From IMG/VR virus record IMGVR_UViG_3300043436_004687, positions 186,001-250,000 of that record: a stretch of DNA of 64,000 nt; one strand, 5' to 3'. Every line of letters begins with the position of its first letter. The first letter of the stretch is position 1. Shown in pieces: positions 1 through 10,896 of this stretch. Below the pieces are notes generated by a model. That model saw only the letters and a list, made by a program, of their open reading frames with translations, was not told where the DNA came from and ran no database searches. Both the position numbers and the translations under genes were made by a program.

Positions 1-1823
1 GAGTTAGCTAAAATTTTAACTGGTAATTGTTTTTTATCAAATTTATCGGCCAATCCCAATTCAATTTGTCTTTTAGTTTCTAGATTTTTTATTTTAGTGG
101 GTGAATATATTTCTTTATTTTCAATAATTTCTTTTTCTAAAGCTTCTGCATTTTCTTCGTGAATACCTTTTAATTCTTTACTACTATCTCTAGTTTCAAC
201 AATATAGTTTAATAACCCCATCATTACACCTGAAATGTCGTGTTCTGGAAATATATCATGTGTTAGTTGTTCTTTTGGGTATAAAGCAGCGTAGTCTAAT
301 TTTCCCACATTTTTAGCATAACCCACTTCTAATAATCTTGAAAGACCACCAGGAAAAGTTTCTTGTGATTGTAGTTCTGGAATTGCAAGATTATTTTCAT
401 AAGACCAAGCCATCATGATTAATTTCCAAATACCAGCAGTTCCCATTGTAGAACTTCTCATATAAGAAGTTGGAATAAGTTTACCTAATAAAAATGTTGC
501 TTGATTAAAACGAGCGTCTACTTGTTCAGTTTCCCAAAGGTCATCAATAAGATATCTTCTTACTATTTCATCACCAGTAGTTTCAATATATCTATTAGTC
601 TCTTCTAAATTAGATATTTTATCAATATGTTCCTGATTAGTTTCATCGTATTTAAACCAATCACCATTAGAATCATTTAAATAATATTTGTTTTTCCTAT
701 CGGCCCATGTTTTATGGATTATTGAACCATCAATGTAAATTCTATTTGGTTTTGCTATTTTTGAGAATTTTGTAATGTATTTTAAACCTGCTTTTTTAAT
801 ATCTGAATTAATTGCTTGTGCTCTTCTAACGGAGTGCATCACATCAATAACATTGGTACCCCAAATACAAGTTTGTTTATAATGTTCTACATTACCACCT
901 AATTTTAATTGGGCATCTTTACGGTGTATTTTTATTTTTGGGTTTAAAGTTTTTGCAATTTCATCTATTTTTAAACTTAATATATCACCTCTACCAAAAA
1001 AGAAATCCCAGTCAAAATTCTCAGAGTTATAACCAGCTATAATATCTGGGTTTATTTCATGTACAGTGTCAAAAAATTCTTTTATTGCTTCTCTTTCACT
1101 ATCTCTTAATTCTTTACCAGCTAAACTTTTTAATCTTAATAATTGATCTTCTGTAACGCTACTGGGGTCTTTTTCAATATCGTTTAAGGCATCTTGAATG
1201 ATATCTGGTACTTTTACCTCAATAACTTTTTCAAAGCCTCTATTATCTTTCATTCCGATTTGGAATATACTATTTTGACTATGAAATAAACCAGTTGTCT
1301 CAAGGTCAAATTGAAATCTATGCAACTCATCATATTCTTCAAAACCTTTAAATAATCTTTTACCAGTTTGAATTAAAAATTGTTCTGTTGGTGAACAAGT
1401 CATAAAATATTCTTTAAAATTTTGGTCAAAAACATCTACACCACCTTCTTTAAAGAAATTTAATAAATCGGTATATGAGCCATCACATTTAGCAATGTAT
1501 TTATAACCATTCTCCATTCTTTTTGGTGTAATTCCATTATTATCAGTTTTTAAAGCTGATATCTTAACATTGAATTTTTTAGTTGCCTTTGAAATTTCAG
1601 TTCTATCACCACCATACATGATAGAAGCCATCTCATGTTTTAACCACAAAAATGGTTTATATGAAACTTTTTGTATGTATTTACCTTTAACTGGGTCATT
1701 TATTATTAATGATACAGTATTTTGAAAATATGCAGCCTCTATTGCTACAATGTATTTTTGTGGGTCTCTACCTTCTAAGAAGGCTCCGATTTCTTCCCCA
1801 CTGACTTGTTGTTTTTTACTCAT
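1..1823 (-). CDS. Family B DNA polymerase, runs off the left edge (absent from the ORF track)
   Basis: Manual translation from ATG 1823 (MSKKQQVSGEEIGAFLEGRDPQKY...). Contains ExoI FDLETTGL, ExoII GYNSENFDWDF, motif A KLDYAALYP and motif B KQLPVKILANS in frame at the window edge. Confidence 0.93.
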   Translation of the reverse strand, partial: MSKKQQVSGEEIGAFLEGRDPQKYIVAIEAAYFQNTVSLIINDPVKGKYIQKVSYKPFLWLKHEMASIMYGGDRTEISKATKKFNVKISALKTDNNGITPKRMENGYKYIAKCDGSYTDLLNFFKEGGVDVFDQNFKEYFMTCSPTEQFLIQTGKRLFKGFEEYDELHRFQFDLETTGLFHSQNSIFQIGMKDNRGFEKVIEVKVPDIIQDALNDIEKDPSSVTEDQLLRLKSLAGKELRDSEREAIKEFFDTVHEINPDIIAGYNSENFDWDFFFGRGDILSLKIDEIAKTLNPKIKIHRKDAQLKLGGNVEHYKQTCIWGTNVIDVMHSVRRAQAINSDIKKAGLKYITKFSKIAKPNRIYIDGSIIHKTWADRKNKYYLNDSNGDWFKYDETNQEHIDKISNLEETNRYIETTGDEIVRRYLIDDLWETEQVDARFNQATFLLGKLIPTSYMRSSTMGTAGIWKLIMMAWSYENNLAIPELQSQETFPGGLSRLLEVGYAKNVGKLDYAALYPKEQLTHDIFPEHDISGVMMGLLNYIVETRDSSKELKGIHEENAEALEKEIIENKEIYSPTKIKNLETKRQIELGLADKFDKKQLPVKILAN

Positions 1824-1852
1824 TTTTAGTTATTAATTTAATTATATTTTTG

Positions 1853-1884
1853 CAAATATATTCTGTTTTACAATAGTTTCCAAA
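1853..1884 (-). promoter_or_regulatory. Bacteroidota-type housekeeping promoter for the polymerase
   Basis: Minus strand TTTG (1881-1884), 20-nt spacer, TATATTTG (1853-1860); matches the TTTG/TAnnTTTG consensus. Confidence 0.75.
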
Positions 1885-1949
1885 TTAAAAGGGTTTTTTA
1901 ATTTTATTCTTATATTTATTTGTAATACAAATCATTAAAAAGTATTACA

Positions 1950-2810
1950 ATGACAATAGATGAATTTATGACAACCCATCGTTATGGGTATAATATAGTT
2001 AGTGGTAAGGTTGAACAATTTAAATATTATGATTTAGATAAATCATATATTGAGTTAATTAAAAATAATAGATTTTCACTTGTCGTTAAATCTAGGCAAA
2101 TGCACTTTACAGATGTAATGGCTGGTTATACTGCGTGGCATTTATTATTCAACACCAATTTAGATAGTGTGGATGTGGGTTACATAACGGTTAATTTGCA
2201 GTCAGGTTATCATTTTAAAGAAAGAGTAATATCATATTTAAGGAAATATGGGTTTAATTATAAAGATTATTTAATTGATAATAAAGGTAAAATTATGTTA
2301 CCTAATGGAAATAACTTGACAATATTCCCAACAAATATAGACGCTTTTCGTGGTGTTAGTTTTAACGGGTTGTTAATTATAGATGAAGCAGCATATATAA
2401 AAAATTTTAAAAAAATATATGAGGTAATAGTTTCTTCTATCAGTGAAAATTGTCAACTTATAGTTGGTTCAACCCCAAATGGAATTGAATTTTTTTATAG
2501 ATTGTATGAAAATTCAGTTACTGGGTGTAATATTTTTAAATCATTACAAGTTAATTATAAAAATCATCCAAACCGTAATCAAGAATGGTATGATGATATG
2601 TGTGAACATTTAACAGAACCCCAAATAAAAATCGAATTATTAGGTGAGTTTTTTATAGAAGAAAAAGAAAAAAAGAATAAAAAATTAAATCAAATAATTT
2701 TTAGAGTTGAAGATGATATAATGTTAAAAATAAATAAAAAATTAATTGATTTTGATATTAAAATGTCTGAATATATTAGAGGTTTAATTCTAAAGGATAT
2801 TAATCAATAA
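1950..2810 (+). CDS. Terminase-large-subunit-like ATPase domain without nuclease, with C-terminal ribbon-helix-helix-like tail
   Basis: VVKSRQMHFT, LIIDEAAYI, GSTPNG and IELLGEF parallel the motifs of the full TerL at 52152-53918. The C-terminus QIIFRVEDD...MSEYIRGLILKDI has an RHH pattern. Confidence 0.75.
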   Translation: MTIDEFMTTHRYGYNIVSGKVEQFKYYDLDKSYIELIKNNRFSLVVKSRQMHFTDVMAGYTAWHLLFNTNLDSVDVGYITVNLQSGYHFKERVISYLRKYGFNYKDYLIDNKGKIMLPNGNNLTIFPTNIDAFRGVSFNGLLIIDEAAYIKNFKKIYEVIVSSISENCQLIVGSTPNGIEFFYRLYENSVTGCNIFKSLQVNYKNHPNRNQEWYDDMCEHLTEPQIKIELLGEFFIEEKEKKNKKLNQIIFRVEDDIMLKINKKLIDFDIKMSEYIRGLILKDINQ

Positions 2811-3159
2811 TATTTATTTTTAAAGTATCTCTTATTGGTACAATAAGAGTGCCATAATTATCTAAAAATTCTAATGTAAATTCACCTTTAAAAATTCCAG
2901 GTTTACTGGTTTCTTTAGAGGTGAATTGATAACCAATATAATATTCTTCCTCAGTAGAATCTTCTATTTGTTCTTTTACTAAACATAAAGCCTTTTTATT
3001 CCCAATTCTTTTTATACCAGTTGAAATTTCTGTCATACAAAAAGTTATATTAGAATTTTGAATTAATTCGTGGAATTTTCTGTAATCATTTCTTCCATCG
3101 TGAATTAATTCTAACTTTAATATAGGTAAAGTAGCATATCTTTTTATGAAAAAATCCAT
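2800..3159 (-). CDS. Hypothetical virion protein (possibly BppU N-terminal/Ig-like)
   Basis: 119-aa beta-rich ORF (FIKR..TLP.L, TSKPGIFKGEF) at the end of the tail block. Confidence 0.5.
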   Translation of the reverse strand: MDFFIKRYATLPILKLELIHDGRNDYRKFHELIQNSNITFCMTEISTGIKRIGNKKALCLVKEQIEDSTEEEYYIGYQFTSKETSKPGIFKGEFTLEFLDNYGTLIVPIRDTLKINIID

Positions 3160-3160
3160 T

Positions 3161-3781
3161 TTATGTTGTTAATATTTTATAATATTCTTTTACTTTTTTT
3201 GTTACATCTTCCAAGCCAATTATCCCACCATTTACACGAATACGAATTCTTCTAATAGTTAAATCATCAACTCTAGATGCAATAGACCATAATTTATTAG
3301 AATTAAAGTAAAATATTGCTGATTCTAACGCATAAGTAGTTTCCACTAATTCTGGATTTTTTAATAAATCCACTTTTAAGAAATCCCCTAATAATTTAAA
3401 ATTATTTTTACCAGTAGTCTGAAGTGCACCTTTTCCCGAATACTTCCAACCATCACCAGATGCTTCATTTCCGTTACCCATTCGATTAGCATACACTCTA
3501 TTTGCTATTCTTTCTGGTTTTCTAGCGTATTGTTTAGCAATTTCAAGTGTTTTAAAATATTTTGGGAAAATTTTTAATAACCCATTAGCGGAATAATTAA
3601 GATTTTCTTTAAAAACTGTGAATTCAGCGCATTCATGTGAAACATTTCCCATAAAATGTGCTAAAGCTTCAATTGTTGGAATATTATATTTATCTTTTAT
3701 TTTTAAAAGAGTTTTTTTACCTATTTTACCATCTGGTGTTAAACCATTATTTTTTTGAAATTCGATTATAAATTTATTCAT
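3161..3781 (-). CDS. GH19 endolysin with N-terminal peptidoglycan-binding domain
   Basis: FQKNNGLTPDGKIGKKT (PG_binding_1-like), AHFMGNVSHE, ENLNYSA, GNGNEASGDGWKY.GKG..QTTG, VNGG..GL. Confidence 0.92.
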   Translation of the reverse strand: MNKFIIEFQKNNGLTPDGKIGKKTLLKIKDKYNIPTIEALAHFMGNVSHECAEFTVFKENLNYSANGLLKIFPKYFKTLEIAKQYARKPERIANRVYANRMGNGNEASGDGWKYSGKGALQTTGKNNFKLLGDFLKVDLLKNPELVETTYALESAIFYFNSNKLWSIASRVDDLTIRRIRIRVNGGIIGLEDVTKKVKEYYKILTT

Positions 3782-3791
3782 ATTTTTGTGT

Positions 3792-5177
3792 TTATGGTTT
3801 TATGTAAATTATACGACTACCAGTTAAAGTGTATAAACCACCACTAGGCATATCTGTGTCGTTATCAGCATCTAAATCATTCGAGTATGGTCCATGTGTT
3901 TTAATCGATAATCTATCAACATATGTAGTATTATTCACATCACCAATTATATTATTACCTAATACGATAGAATAATTCCCATTAACTATGGAATTATCAC
4001 CATGTACAAAAGACCCCTCACCATTTGCTGTTGTATTATTACCACCAGCATGTGAATAATTACCAGCAGCTGTTGTGCCGTTCCCCTCGGAATGGGCACC
4101 AGTACCACTAGCTACCGTACCATCTCCTTCAGCGTGTGATTGTTCACCATTAGCTGTTGTGTTAGCTCCTTCAGCATGTGAAGCATTACCACTAGCTACC
4201 GTACCAGCCCCTTCGGCATGTGAGGCATTACCAGCAGCTGTTGTATTAGCCCCTTCGGCATGTGAATATGTCCCAAAGGAATCTAAACCGCTGGGGTTAT
4301 TAGCTTTTATTGAATAACTTCCAGAAGAACCAGCAGTCCAATAATTTGTGTTAGGGTTTGGTAAAACAATACTACTATCATAAAATAATACTAAGTCACC
4401 ATTACTAAATTGCGATAAACCTAAACCATAAATAGAATAACCATTTAATGATTGGTTTGGGTCAAAAACATAAATTTTATCAACATTATTATAAGTAAAT
4501 CTAAAATAATGTATTTTATTAGTGTCAGTAAAATCATATTGATCACCATTATTATTTATATAATCCAAATAATCATTAGTAGGAATTTCTCCAAGATTAA
4601 TAATGTTAACGTTAGGTGAATTTGTTAAGGAATTAGTTGTTATTACATTCAGTTCCTTATAAGCAATTTCTAACATATTATATGTTATTGTGTTACCTAA
4701 CGGGTTATAAATTCCTTTACCAAGATTATTGGGGAAATAGAATTTATAACGATATTCATTAAAAGAACCATAAATAGTGAATTTACATTTAAATATGATT
4801 AATTCATCTTCTCTAACCGTTAAATTTATATTATTTAATCTGTTTTGAATTATAGGGCTTATATATTGTTCTACATTACTTTCATCAATATTAACACCTC
4901 TACCACCAAGCATAAAATAACCTAAATCAATAAATATAAACTTATTATTTTGATTTATTGTTGTACCACTACCAGTATTTCCAGAATAAGGTATTACTAT
5001 TTCCTCTCCGTTAATTCTTTTTAATGTTATTGTTGAGGGTGAAGAAACTGCACTATTTATGGCTAATCCCTTTAAAAAGATTAAATTACCATCTAATTGT
5101 CCCGTAGATAAAACACTACCTTGTGTTATATCATTATATGGACTATGTTCGTTTCTTAATATTAATTTATTTTGCAT
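3792..5177 (-). CDS. Tail fibre/adhesin with YadA-head-like beta-roll repeats
   Basis: About seven 14-aa repeats (SHAEG..T.A.G..) in the C-terminal third; lies in the tail block. Confidence 0.8.
   Translation of the reverse strand: MQNKLILRNEHSPYNDITQGSVLSTGQLDGNLIFLKGLAINSAVSSPSTITLKRINGEEIVIPYSGNTGSGTTINQNNKFIFIDLGYFMLGGRGVNIDESNVEQYISPIIQNRLNNINLTVREDELIIFKCKFTIYGSFNEYRYKFYFPNNLGKGIYNPLGNTITYNMLEIAYKELNVITTNSLTNSPNVNIINLGEIPTNDYLDYINNNGDQYDFTDTNKIHYFRFTYNNVDKIYVFDPNQSLNGYSIYGLGLSQFSNGDLVLFYDSSIVLPNPNTNYWTAGSSGSYSIKANNPSGLDSFGTYSHAEGANTTAAGNASHAEGAGTVASGNASHAEGANTTANGEQSHAEGDGTVASGTGAHSEGNGTTAAGNYSHAGGNNTTANGEGSFVHGDNSIVNGNYSIVLGNNIIGDVNNTTYVDRLSIKTHGPYSNDLDADNDTDMPSGGLYTLTGSRIIYIKP
4000..4275 (-). 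repeat. 42-nt-period coding repeat (SHAEG units)
   Basis: Recurring ccttcggcatgtga / ccttcagcatgtga units at about 42-nt spacing; boundaries approximate. Confidence 0.85.
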
Positions 5178-5198
5178 TGTTTTTGTTTATAAATAGTT

Positions 5199-6023
5199 TT
5201 ATATAATAATTTTAGATTTAATTATTTGAAAAATACCTTTACTTATATTAGTAATACCAATTTTAGAATAATGAATAAAAACACCAGATTCGTTTTGACA
5301 TGGTTCGTTTTGTGATAGAACAAAACAATTATCTATGAATCCAGTTTGACTTGTAAAAGTTTCATTAGTATTATCAAAGACCCAACTACCCAACGTATTT
5401 TGCATTGTTTTAAAATTTGCTACTTGACCAGCATTTAGAAAATTTTGTTGTGTTGATAGGCTTACAATTATAAGAGGAATATTAAACCCCAATTGAACCC
5501 TATAACTATCAATCCAATTTTTTATATTGGTTTTATAAGTAACTTCATTACCTACATTTGACTCTCCTTGAATCCAAATTAAAAAATCCTCATTTTGGTT
5601 AATCTTTAATTTAGATTTGTATTTTGTATATTGGGTGGCTACTTTTGGCATCAAATTACCAGTGGTAAATTTCCAATCGCCTCCTTGTCCTAGTGACCCT
5701 AACGAGCTACCAGGCCACGTATATTTAAAAATATTTATAGTTGAGTTGTAATATTCTTTTAATAATTTTGATAGTTCAATTTCAATCCCGTATCTAAATC
5801 CGTTGCTATATGTGGCCTGAAAAAAATCGAAATATTCCGATGGAACTCCGTAGTTATTAACTCCAACTTTTAAAGTTTCAGAATTATTACTTTCTAAGTT
5901 TAAAATATTGCAATTTTCTATGAATGGTTTTAACCCTGAATCAATTTCAGTTGGCATAACATTACCAGCGGCATTACTTTGACCGTGAATTATATAATTT
6001 ATATTTTTGTTTTTATTAACCAT
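5199..6023 (-). CDS. SGNH sialate O-acetylesterase (SASA/CE6-like)
   Basis: HGQSNA.G, WIQGESN and C-terminal IHYS. Likely start is ATG 6023, overlapping the stop of the upstream fibre gene. Confidence 0.85.
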   Translation of the reverse strand: MVNKNKNINYIIHGQSNAAGNVMPTEIDSGLKPFIENCNILNLESNNSETLKVGVNNYGVPSEYFDFFQATYSNGFRYGIEIELSKLLKEYYNSTINIFKYTWPGSSLGSLGQGGDWKFTTGNLMPKVATQYTKYKSKLKINQNEDFLIWIQGESNVGNEVTYKTNIKNWIDSYRVQLGFNIPLIIVSLSTQQNFLNAGQVANFKTMQNTLGSWVFDNTNETFTSQTGFIDNCFVLSQNEPCQNESGVFIHYSKIGITNISKGIFQIIKSKIII

Positions 6024-9000
6024 AAAATACCCCAAAATCATCAAATCTGTCAGTGTTTCCTGTAGTTCCGCTTCCAGCAAAAATTCTCAACCCATGTTTA
6101 GTTCCTGATAAACTACTATCAGTTACTTGAACTAGAGCAGTTGTACCATTATATAGTGTAATTGAATTTCCACTACATTTGGCCATGAAGGTATATTCAG
6201 TCCCACTTACCCAAGTTCCAAAATTTGTATTTGCAACTACGGTTATTGCAGAACCACCAACAAACTTAGAAATTGAATAATAAAGTTGTCCTGTATTTAA
6301 TTTCCCAAAAACAAGTAAATAGTGGTTATTAGCGTCTACATATCGTGCTAAAAAACAAGCAGAGCTGATTCCAGTTGTCCCAAAAGTAAATTTACCTCTT
6401 AATGTAACATTGCTTTCATTAGATTCAAGATAAACAGCATGGGCTATTGCAGAAGAAGTATTTGCAGCAAAAGCATAAGCTTTATTTGAAGAAATACCCC
6501 AAACACCACCAAAAGGGGTTACCCAGTTAGAACCACCATCAGATGGATTATTTATGGATGTTGTACTATCAGTTCTATTAAAATTATCAATTCTATAAGT
6601 TGTTAATCCTATATTTTGTGAAAAGTTAGCGGCTTTATTTCCAGCTGCATCTTGAATACCACTACCACTAACTTGATTAGTAAAAGTAACTAATGGATTA
6701 TCATTTTCAGTAAATGGTACGCTAACAACAACTCTTACTTTATTAGTTAATATGGTAACTGATGAAACTGTTTTACCAGCTACTGTATACCAACTTGTTT
6801 GAGTAGTCACTGAACTATCAATCGCTTCACTATATAATAATTCAATGGTGTTCAACGAATCTAATAAGATAGAAGACTTTAATAGTGTTGGGGTTATAAC
6901 ATCTGGAATATCATATTTATTTATTGAATAAACAATTTTACCATTAATTAAAATTATTTCAATAAAATTCATTTTAGTTGAATCAGCAGATATTCCCGAT
7001 AAATTTTTCCAAGAAACTGGGAAAGTGATATTATGATTTGCATTTGTTGAACCTTGAATTAAAAATGTTTTAGCAATTTTTTTATTACCATTTGTATTTG
7101 TTTCGTTGATTATAATATCCCCAGTTTGTGTTATTGACCCATAACTATTAAAAGAAAAATTTAAATTTGTTGTACCAGAACTAGAAATTATTTCTTCTAT
7201 TTCTAAAGGCTTTTTTAAGTCTAAAGCTGCTTGTTGTGCTGTTGAAATTGGTTTATTTAAATCGCTTGTATTATCAACATTTGCCAATCCAATATCGTTT
7301 TTAGTTGTTCCGTGAGGATTTCCAGTTGCTTGACTATGATCATATGCTATTTTTCCTCTATCGCCACGATAAGCGGTTGATGAAGTTTCTCCTAAAGCTA
7401 TACCCTCATTAATTGGTGTATAAACCGAACCACTCCAACGATAAGTTTTATTTGTGTCTAACGCTAAATAATATTTATTACTTTGTCCAGTAGGAGGAAA
7501 TGATATTAAATCATTATATTCTAAAATTTCATCAACTGTTGGAGGTAATTGTGAACTTGGAACTAAACCCCCTACTAAATCGGCTTTGTTTGCTAATCCA
7601 GTATCAACATATTCCTCTGTTGCCATAGTTCCATCTTGGTCAGGCCAAAATAATTTTCTTGTAGCGGTTAATAATAAAGTGCTTAATCTTGCAAAAATGC
7701 TACCATCTTTTGAAAATACGGTTTGCCCATTTTCATCTGCTTGTGCTGCAACACCAAATAAATTAATATTATTAAAAGTGTTATCAATTCCAGCATAAGT
7801 ACCAAACACATTTACATATTGACCTGTATTATTAATACCTGAATTTTCTCCCATAGCATTAACATCGCTCCCTGAATTCCCATCTAATGAGTTTTCTCCA
7901 AATGCATTATTTCTTGAACCTGTATTGTTTGCACCTGTGCTTAATCCAAAGAAATTATTTCTTGTTCCAGTATTTAAAAAACCTGCATCAGTACCTTGAA
8001 AATTATTATGGTCAACTAAAGAATGATTATTGTCTAATATTTGCTGTAATGTTGGGATACTTGCTTCATTAACAACTACCCAGATAGCATTATCTAAAGT
8101 ATTATCGTTACATTGATATTCAACATTAGTATTAGCTAAGTGGTAAATAGAACCAACCGCCCAACCTTTTGAGATATCAAAGGAAGCATCAGGAACTACT
8201 CCATTTATAGATGTAGCTTTTACAATGTTTCCACCTAAAGGAGATAAATATAAAACTCCATTTTCCCATTGGTATTCATAACCAGCAACACATTCTAAAG
8301 ATATGCCACCTCCAAATCCATTATCTCGACTTCCTGTTCTCATTTTAGAACCGTTACTCATTACAACAGCATCACCATCCGAAATAATTATATTATTCCC
8401 TAATGTTTCATTTCCTTGTTCTAAAATTTTTGATAATTTTGAAATGCCAGAACTTTCATAAGTCATTACCCAATCATTTCCACCTTTATTGATTAAAATA
8501 ACCTTATATCCTTGAGGAATAAAGCGATAATCATCTGTAATTATAATTCCATCTAAAACTACGTTTACGCCTGATGGAATTACTAAAACAGTTGTAAAAG
8601 AAGTTGAAAATTGTGCTAATATTTCAATTCTATTTCCTAATGAAAATATATCTAAAGGGATTGCATAAACCCCATAAGAATTTCCATCTTGAATTGGTAA
8701 TAACAATCTTGATAAATCATCAATTATTAAATCACGTTCTGGATCAAGTTCTAAGTAAGGAGTTAAAATAACACCATTATTTGAAAACCCACTAATACTA
8801 AATGAATTTCCATTATTATTATTTAATATAAGAGTACCTTCCGAATATGTCCCACCAGTTGTAAAAGTATCGGTGTATGCAGATAATGGTGCATACCCTA
8901 AAGTTGATGTAATTGCTGAGCTAGTTAAAGTATACCCAGTTGAAAAACCACTTATTGTTAATGAATAATTATCATTGTTAATAAGTGTTGTAACACCATT

Positions 9001-9156
9001 ATTATACGTACCTCCAGTAATATAAGTATCTGTTGAATTGAATATAAAATTAGTTTTTTTAATTTTATAATTTATACCATTTTCAATTATTGGTATTAGA
9101 CTTTCACTTGATGCGGAGTATAATTCATCAAATTGGCTTATTCTTTTATTTCCCAT
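6016..9156 (-). CDS. Large mosaic tail fibre protein (1046 aa)
   Basis: Duplicated D.(Y/F).TGGTY modules; fibre motifs ALGETSSTAYRGDRGK and NPHGTTK.DIGLANVDNTSD.NKP.S; Gly/Asn beta-helix stretch; SwmB-like and lectin-like C-terminal regions. Confidence 0.8.
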   Translation of the reverse strand: MGNKRISQFDELYSASSESLIPIIENGINYKIKKTNFIFNSTDTYITGGTYNNGVTTLINNDNYSLTISGFSTGYTLTSSAITSTLGYAPLSAYTDTFTTGGTYSEGTLILNNNNGNSFSISGFSNNGVILTPYLELDPERDLIIDDLSRLLLPIQDGNSYGVYAIPLDIFSLGNRIEILAQFSTSFTTVLVIPSGVNVVLDGIIITDDYRFIPQGYKVILINKGGNDWVMTYESSGISKLSKILEQGNETLGNNIIISDGDAVVMSNGSKMRTGSRDNGFGGGISLECVAGYEYQWENGVLYLSPLGGNIVKATSINGVVPDASFDISKGWAVGSIYHLANTNVEYQCNDNTLDNAIWVVVNEASIPTLQQILDNNHSLVDHNNFQGTDAGFLNTGTRNNFFGLSTGANNTGSRNNAFGENSLDGNSGSDVNAMGENSGINNTGQYVNVFGTYAGIDNTFNNINLFGVAAQADENGQTVFSKDGSIFARLSTLLLTATRKLFWPDQDGTMATEEYVDTGLANKADLVGGLVPSSQLPPTVDEILEYNDLISFPPTGQSNKYYLALDTNKTYRWSGSVYTPINEGIALGETSSTAYRGDRGKIAYDHSQATGNPHGTTKNDIGLANVDNTSDLNKPISTAQQAALDLKKPLEIEEIISSSGTTNLNFSFNSYGSITQTGDIIINETNTNGNKKIAKTFLIQGSTNANHNITFPVSWKNLSGISADSTKMNFIEIILINGKIVYSINKYDIPDVITPTLLKSSILLDSLNTIELLYSEAIDSSVTTQTSWYTVAGKTVSSVTILTNKVRVVVSVPFTENDNPLVTFTNQVSGSGIQDAAGNKAANFSQNIGLTTYRIDNFNRTDSTTSINNPSDGGSNWVTPFGGVWGISSNKAYAFAANTSSAIAHAVYLESNESNVTLRGKFTFGTTGISSACFLARYVDANNHYLLVFGKLNTGQLYYSISKFVGGSAITVVANTNFGTWVSGTEYTFMAKCSGNSITLYNGTTALVQVTDSSLSGTKHGLRIFAGSGTTGNTDRFDDFGVFYG

Positions 9157-9177
9157 ATGTTATAAATATTTGGATTA

Positions 9178-10896
9178 TTAACAATCTACTATTATTTTAT
9201 CAATATTATTCTCTTGCAACACATAATCACCAAATTCATCAAGTAAATAACATTCGGAATTAGTTGGGTCACATAAATTAGAAATTTGACAATAATTTAA
9301 ATCTGTGTTATATATTTTAAAACTTTGGATTGAACCGATAAATGATCCCGCAAAATTTTTCTCAATTTCTAAATTTAAATCATTAGGATCTTGACCATCA
9401 AATGTCATCGTTTCTATCAAACCTTGTGAACCACCACCTAAACTTATATTGTAGGGTACCCCAATTTGCTTTTCTTTATATTCATCTAATCTCTTACCAA
9501 TAAATTCTGGGAAATCATTCACAATAAACTTTAATTTACAACCAACGTAAAACATTAATTTGCCAAATCTTTGTTTCCCTTTATTTAATTCACATTCATT
9601 GTAATTATTAGTTGAAAATTTAATACTAATATGTTCCCATTTATTATCTTGAATAATACCACTTAAAGAAAATTCTTCTTTAACTATAATTTGTTTTTGG
9701 TTAACGTTATTGACGCAAGAAGCACTCATAGTCAATAATCTATAACCAATACTACCATCGTCTTTTATCATAAAAGCTAATGCATTGTCAATTATATCTA
9801 AATTTTTATCTATTTGTGTTTCATCTTTAGTACTTCCACTATAAGAACAAACAGTTTCCCTACCAAAACCATCACTAGGTCTAGATGAGCAATTATTACC
9901 ATTAGACCTACCGTAAATTAAAAATGGGTTGGTCTTATTTACAATTGTTTGGGTTGTTGATGTTATTGTAAAAGTAGGTGTTAATCCAGTTACCTCATGC
10001 GCTAATAAAGTCCCTAATTTATTATGGTCATTTACTTCAAAACAATTTTTCTGTCTTCTACCATATAATAAAAACTCATTATCAATTTCAGTAAATATTA
10101 TTCTTGGTGGGTTTAATGGTAATAATTTATCCTCATCATTTCTAATAAAAATTTCATTTTCTTTTAAAGTTGTACAAAATTCAGTACTACCACTATCACA
10201 TGGTAAAATATTATTCCCTGAATATTGGTTCCAAAATTTGTTTTCGGCTCTAGTGCCTAAATAAAAGAAAATTCCTTTATTGTTAGGATAAGTATTATTT
10301 AAGGTTGTTTGTGTTATACCAGTTGTTAAATTATCATTTTTGTTTAAATAAAAATCAAATACAAAACCTTTATTAAATCTATTTGGTAAAACTTCATAAT
10401 TGTGACCATCTAATTTATAAAATCCTTGATAGAAACCACCTTTAAAATTAATACATCCATTGTCATTGTCATACTCTATTGGATAAACATAATTTTTAGT
10501 TGAACCAGATACTTTATTTAAAAATAATCTAGTATCGCCAGATGAGATATTTAATGTTGTTCCAGTTAAAATATTAACCAGGGTTTCATTCCTATAGTCA
10601 ATATTTTCTTTATCATATACTAAAACACCGTTATCAAGTCCAGTTAACCCAAAATAGCCTATATTTATTCCATCATTAACACCACCAACCCAAGTTCTAT
10701 TACTATATATCTTATCAATATTTAAACCATCAAAATCACTATTGAAATTAAATTCACTTATTAAAGTTTCCCCAGTCAAAATACAAGGTGAACATTCTTG
10801 AATATCCTTATCATTATTAAGATAAAAATCCCAATAATCACTATTAGATAAAAATAAATCTAATTTATTAAAGTTAAAATTTTTTATATTCTGCAT
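9178..10896 (-). CDS. Virion structural protein with split LamG/ConA-like domain
   Basis: KWEHISI, ISLGGG, F.GSIQSFKIYN..L pattern; tail-block context. Confidence 0.55.
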   Translation of the reverse strand: MQNIKNFNFNKLDLFLSNSDYWDFYLNNDKDIQECSPCILTGETLISEFNFNSDFDGLNIDKIYSNRTWVGGVNDGINIGYFGLTGLDNGVLVYDKENIDYRNETLVNILTGTTLNISSGDTRLFLNKVSGSTKNYVYPIEYDNDNGCINFKGGFYQGFYKLDGHNYEVLPNRFNKGFVFDFYLNKNDNLTTGITQTTLNNTYPNNKGIFFYLGTRAENKFWNQYSGNNILPCDSGSTEFCTTLKENEIFIRNDEDKLLPLNPPRIIFTEIDNEFLLYGRRQKNCFEVNDHNKLGTLLAHEVTGLTPTFTITSTTQTIVNKTNPFLIYGRSNGNNCSSRPSDGFGRETVCSYSGSTKDETQIDKNLDIIDNALAFMIKDDGSIGYRLLTMSASCVNNVNQKQIIVKEEFSLSGIIQDNKWEHISIKFSTNNYNECELNKGKQRFGKLMFYVGCKLKFIVNDFPEFIGKRLDEYKEKQIGVPYNISLGGGSQGLIETMTFDGQDPNDLNLEIEKNFAGSFIGSIQSFKIYNTDLNYCQISNLCDPTNSECYLLDEFGDYVLQENNIDKIIVDC

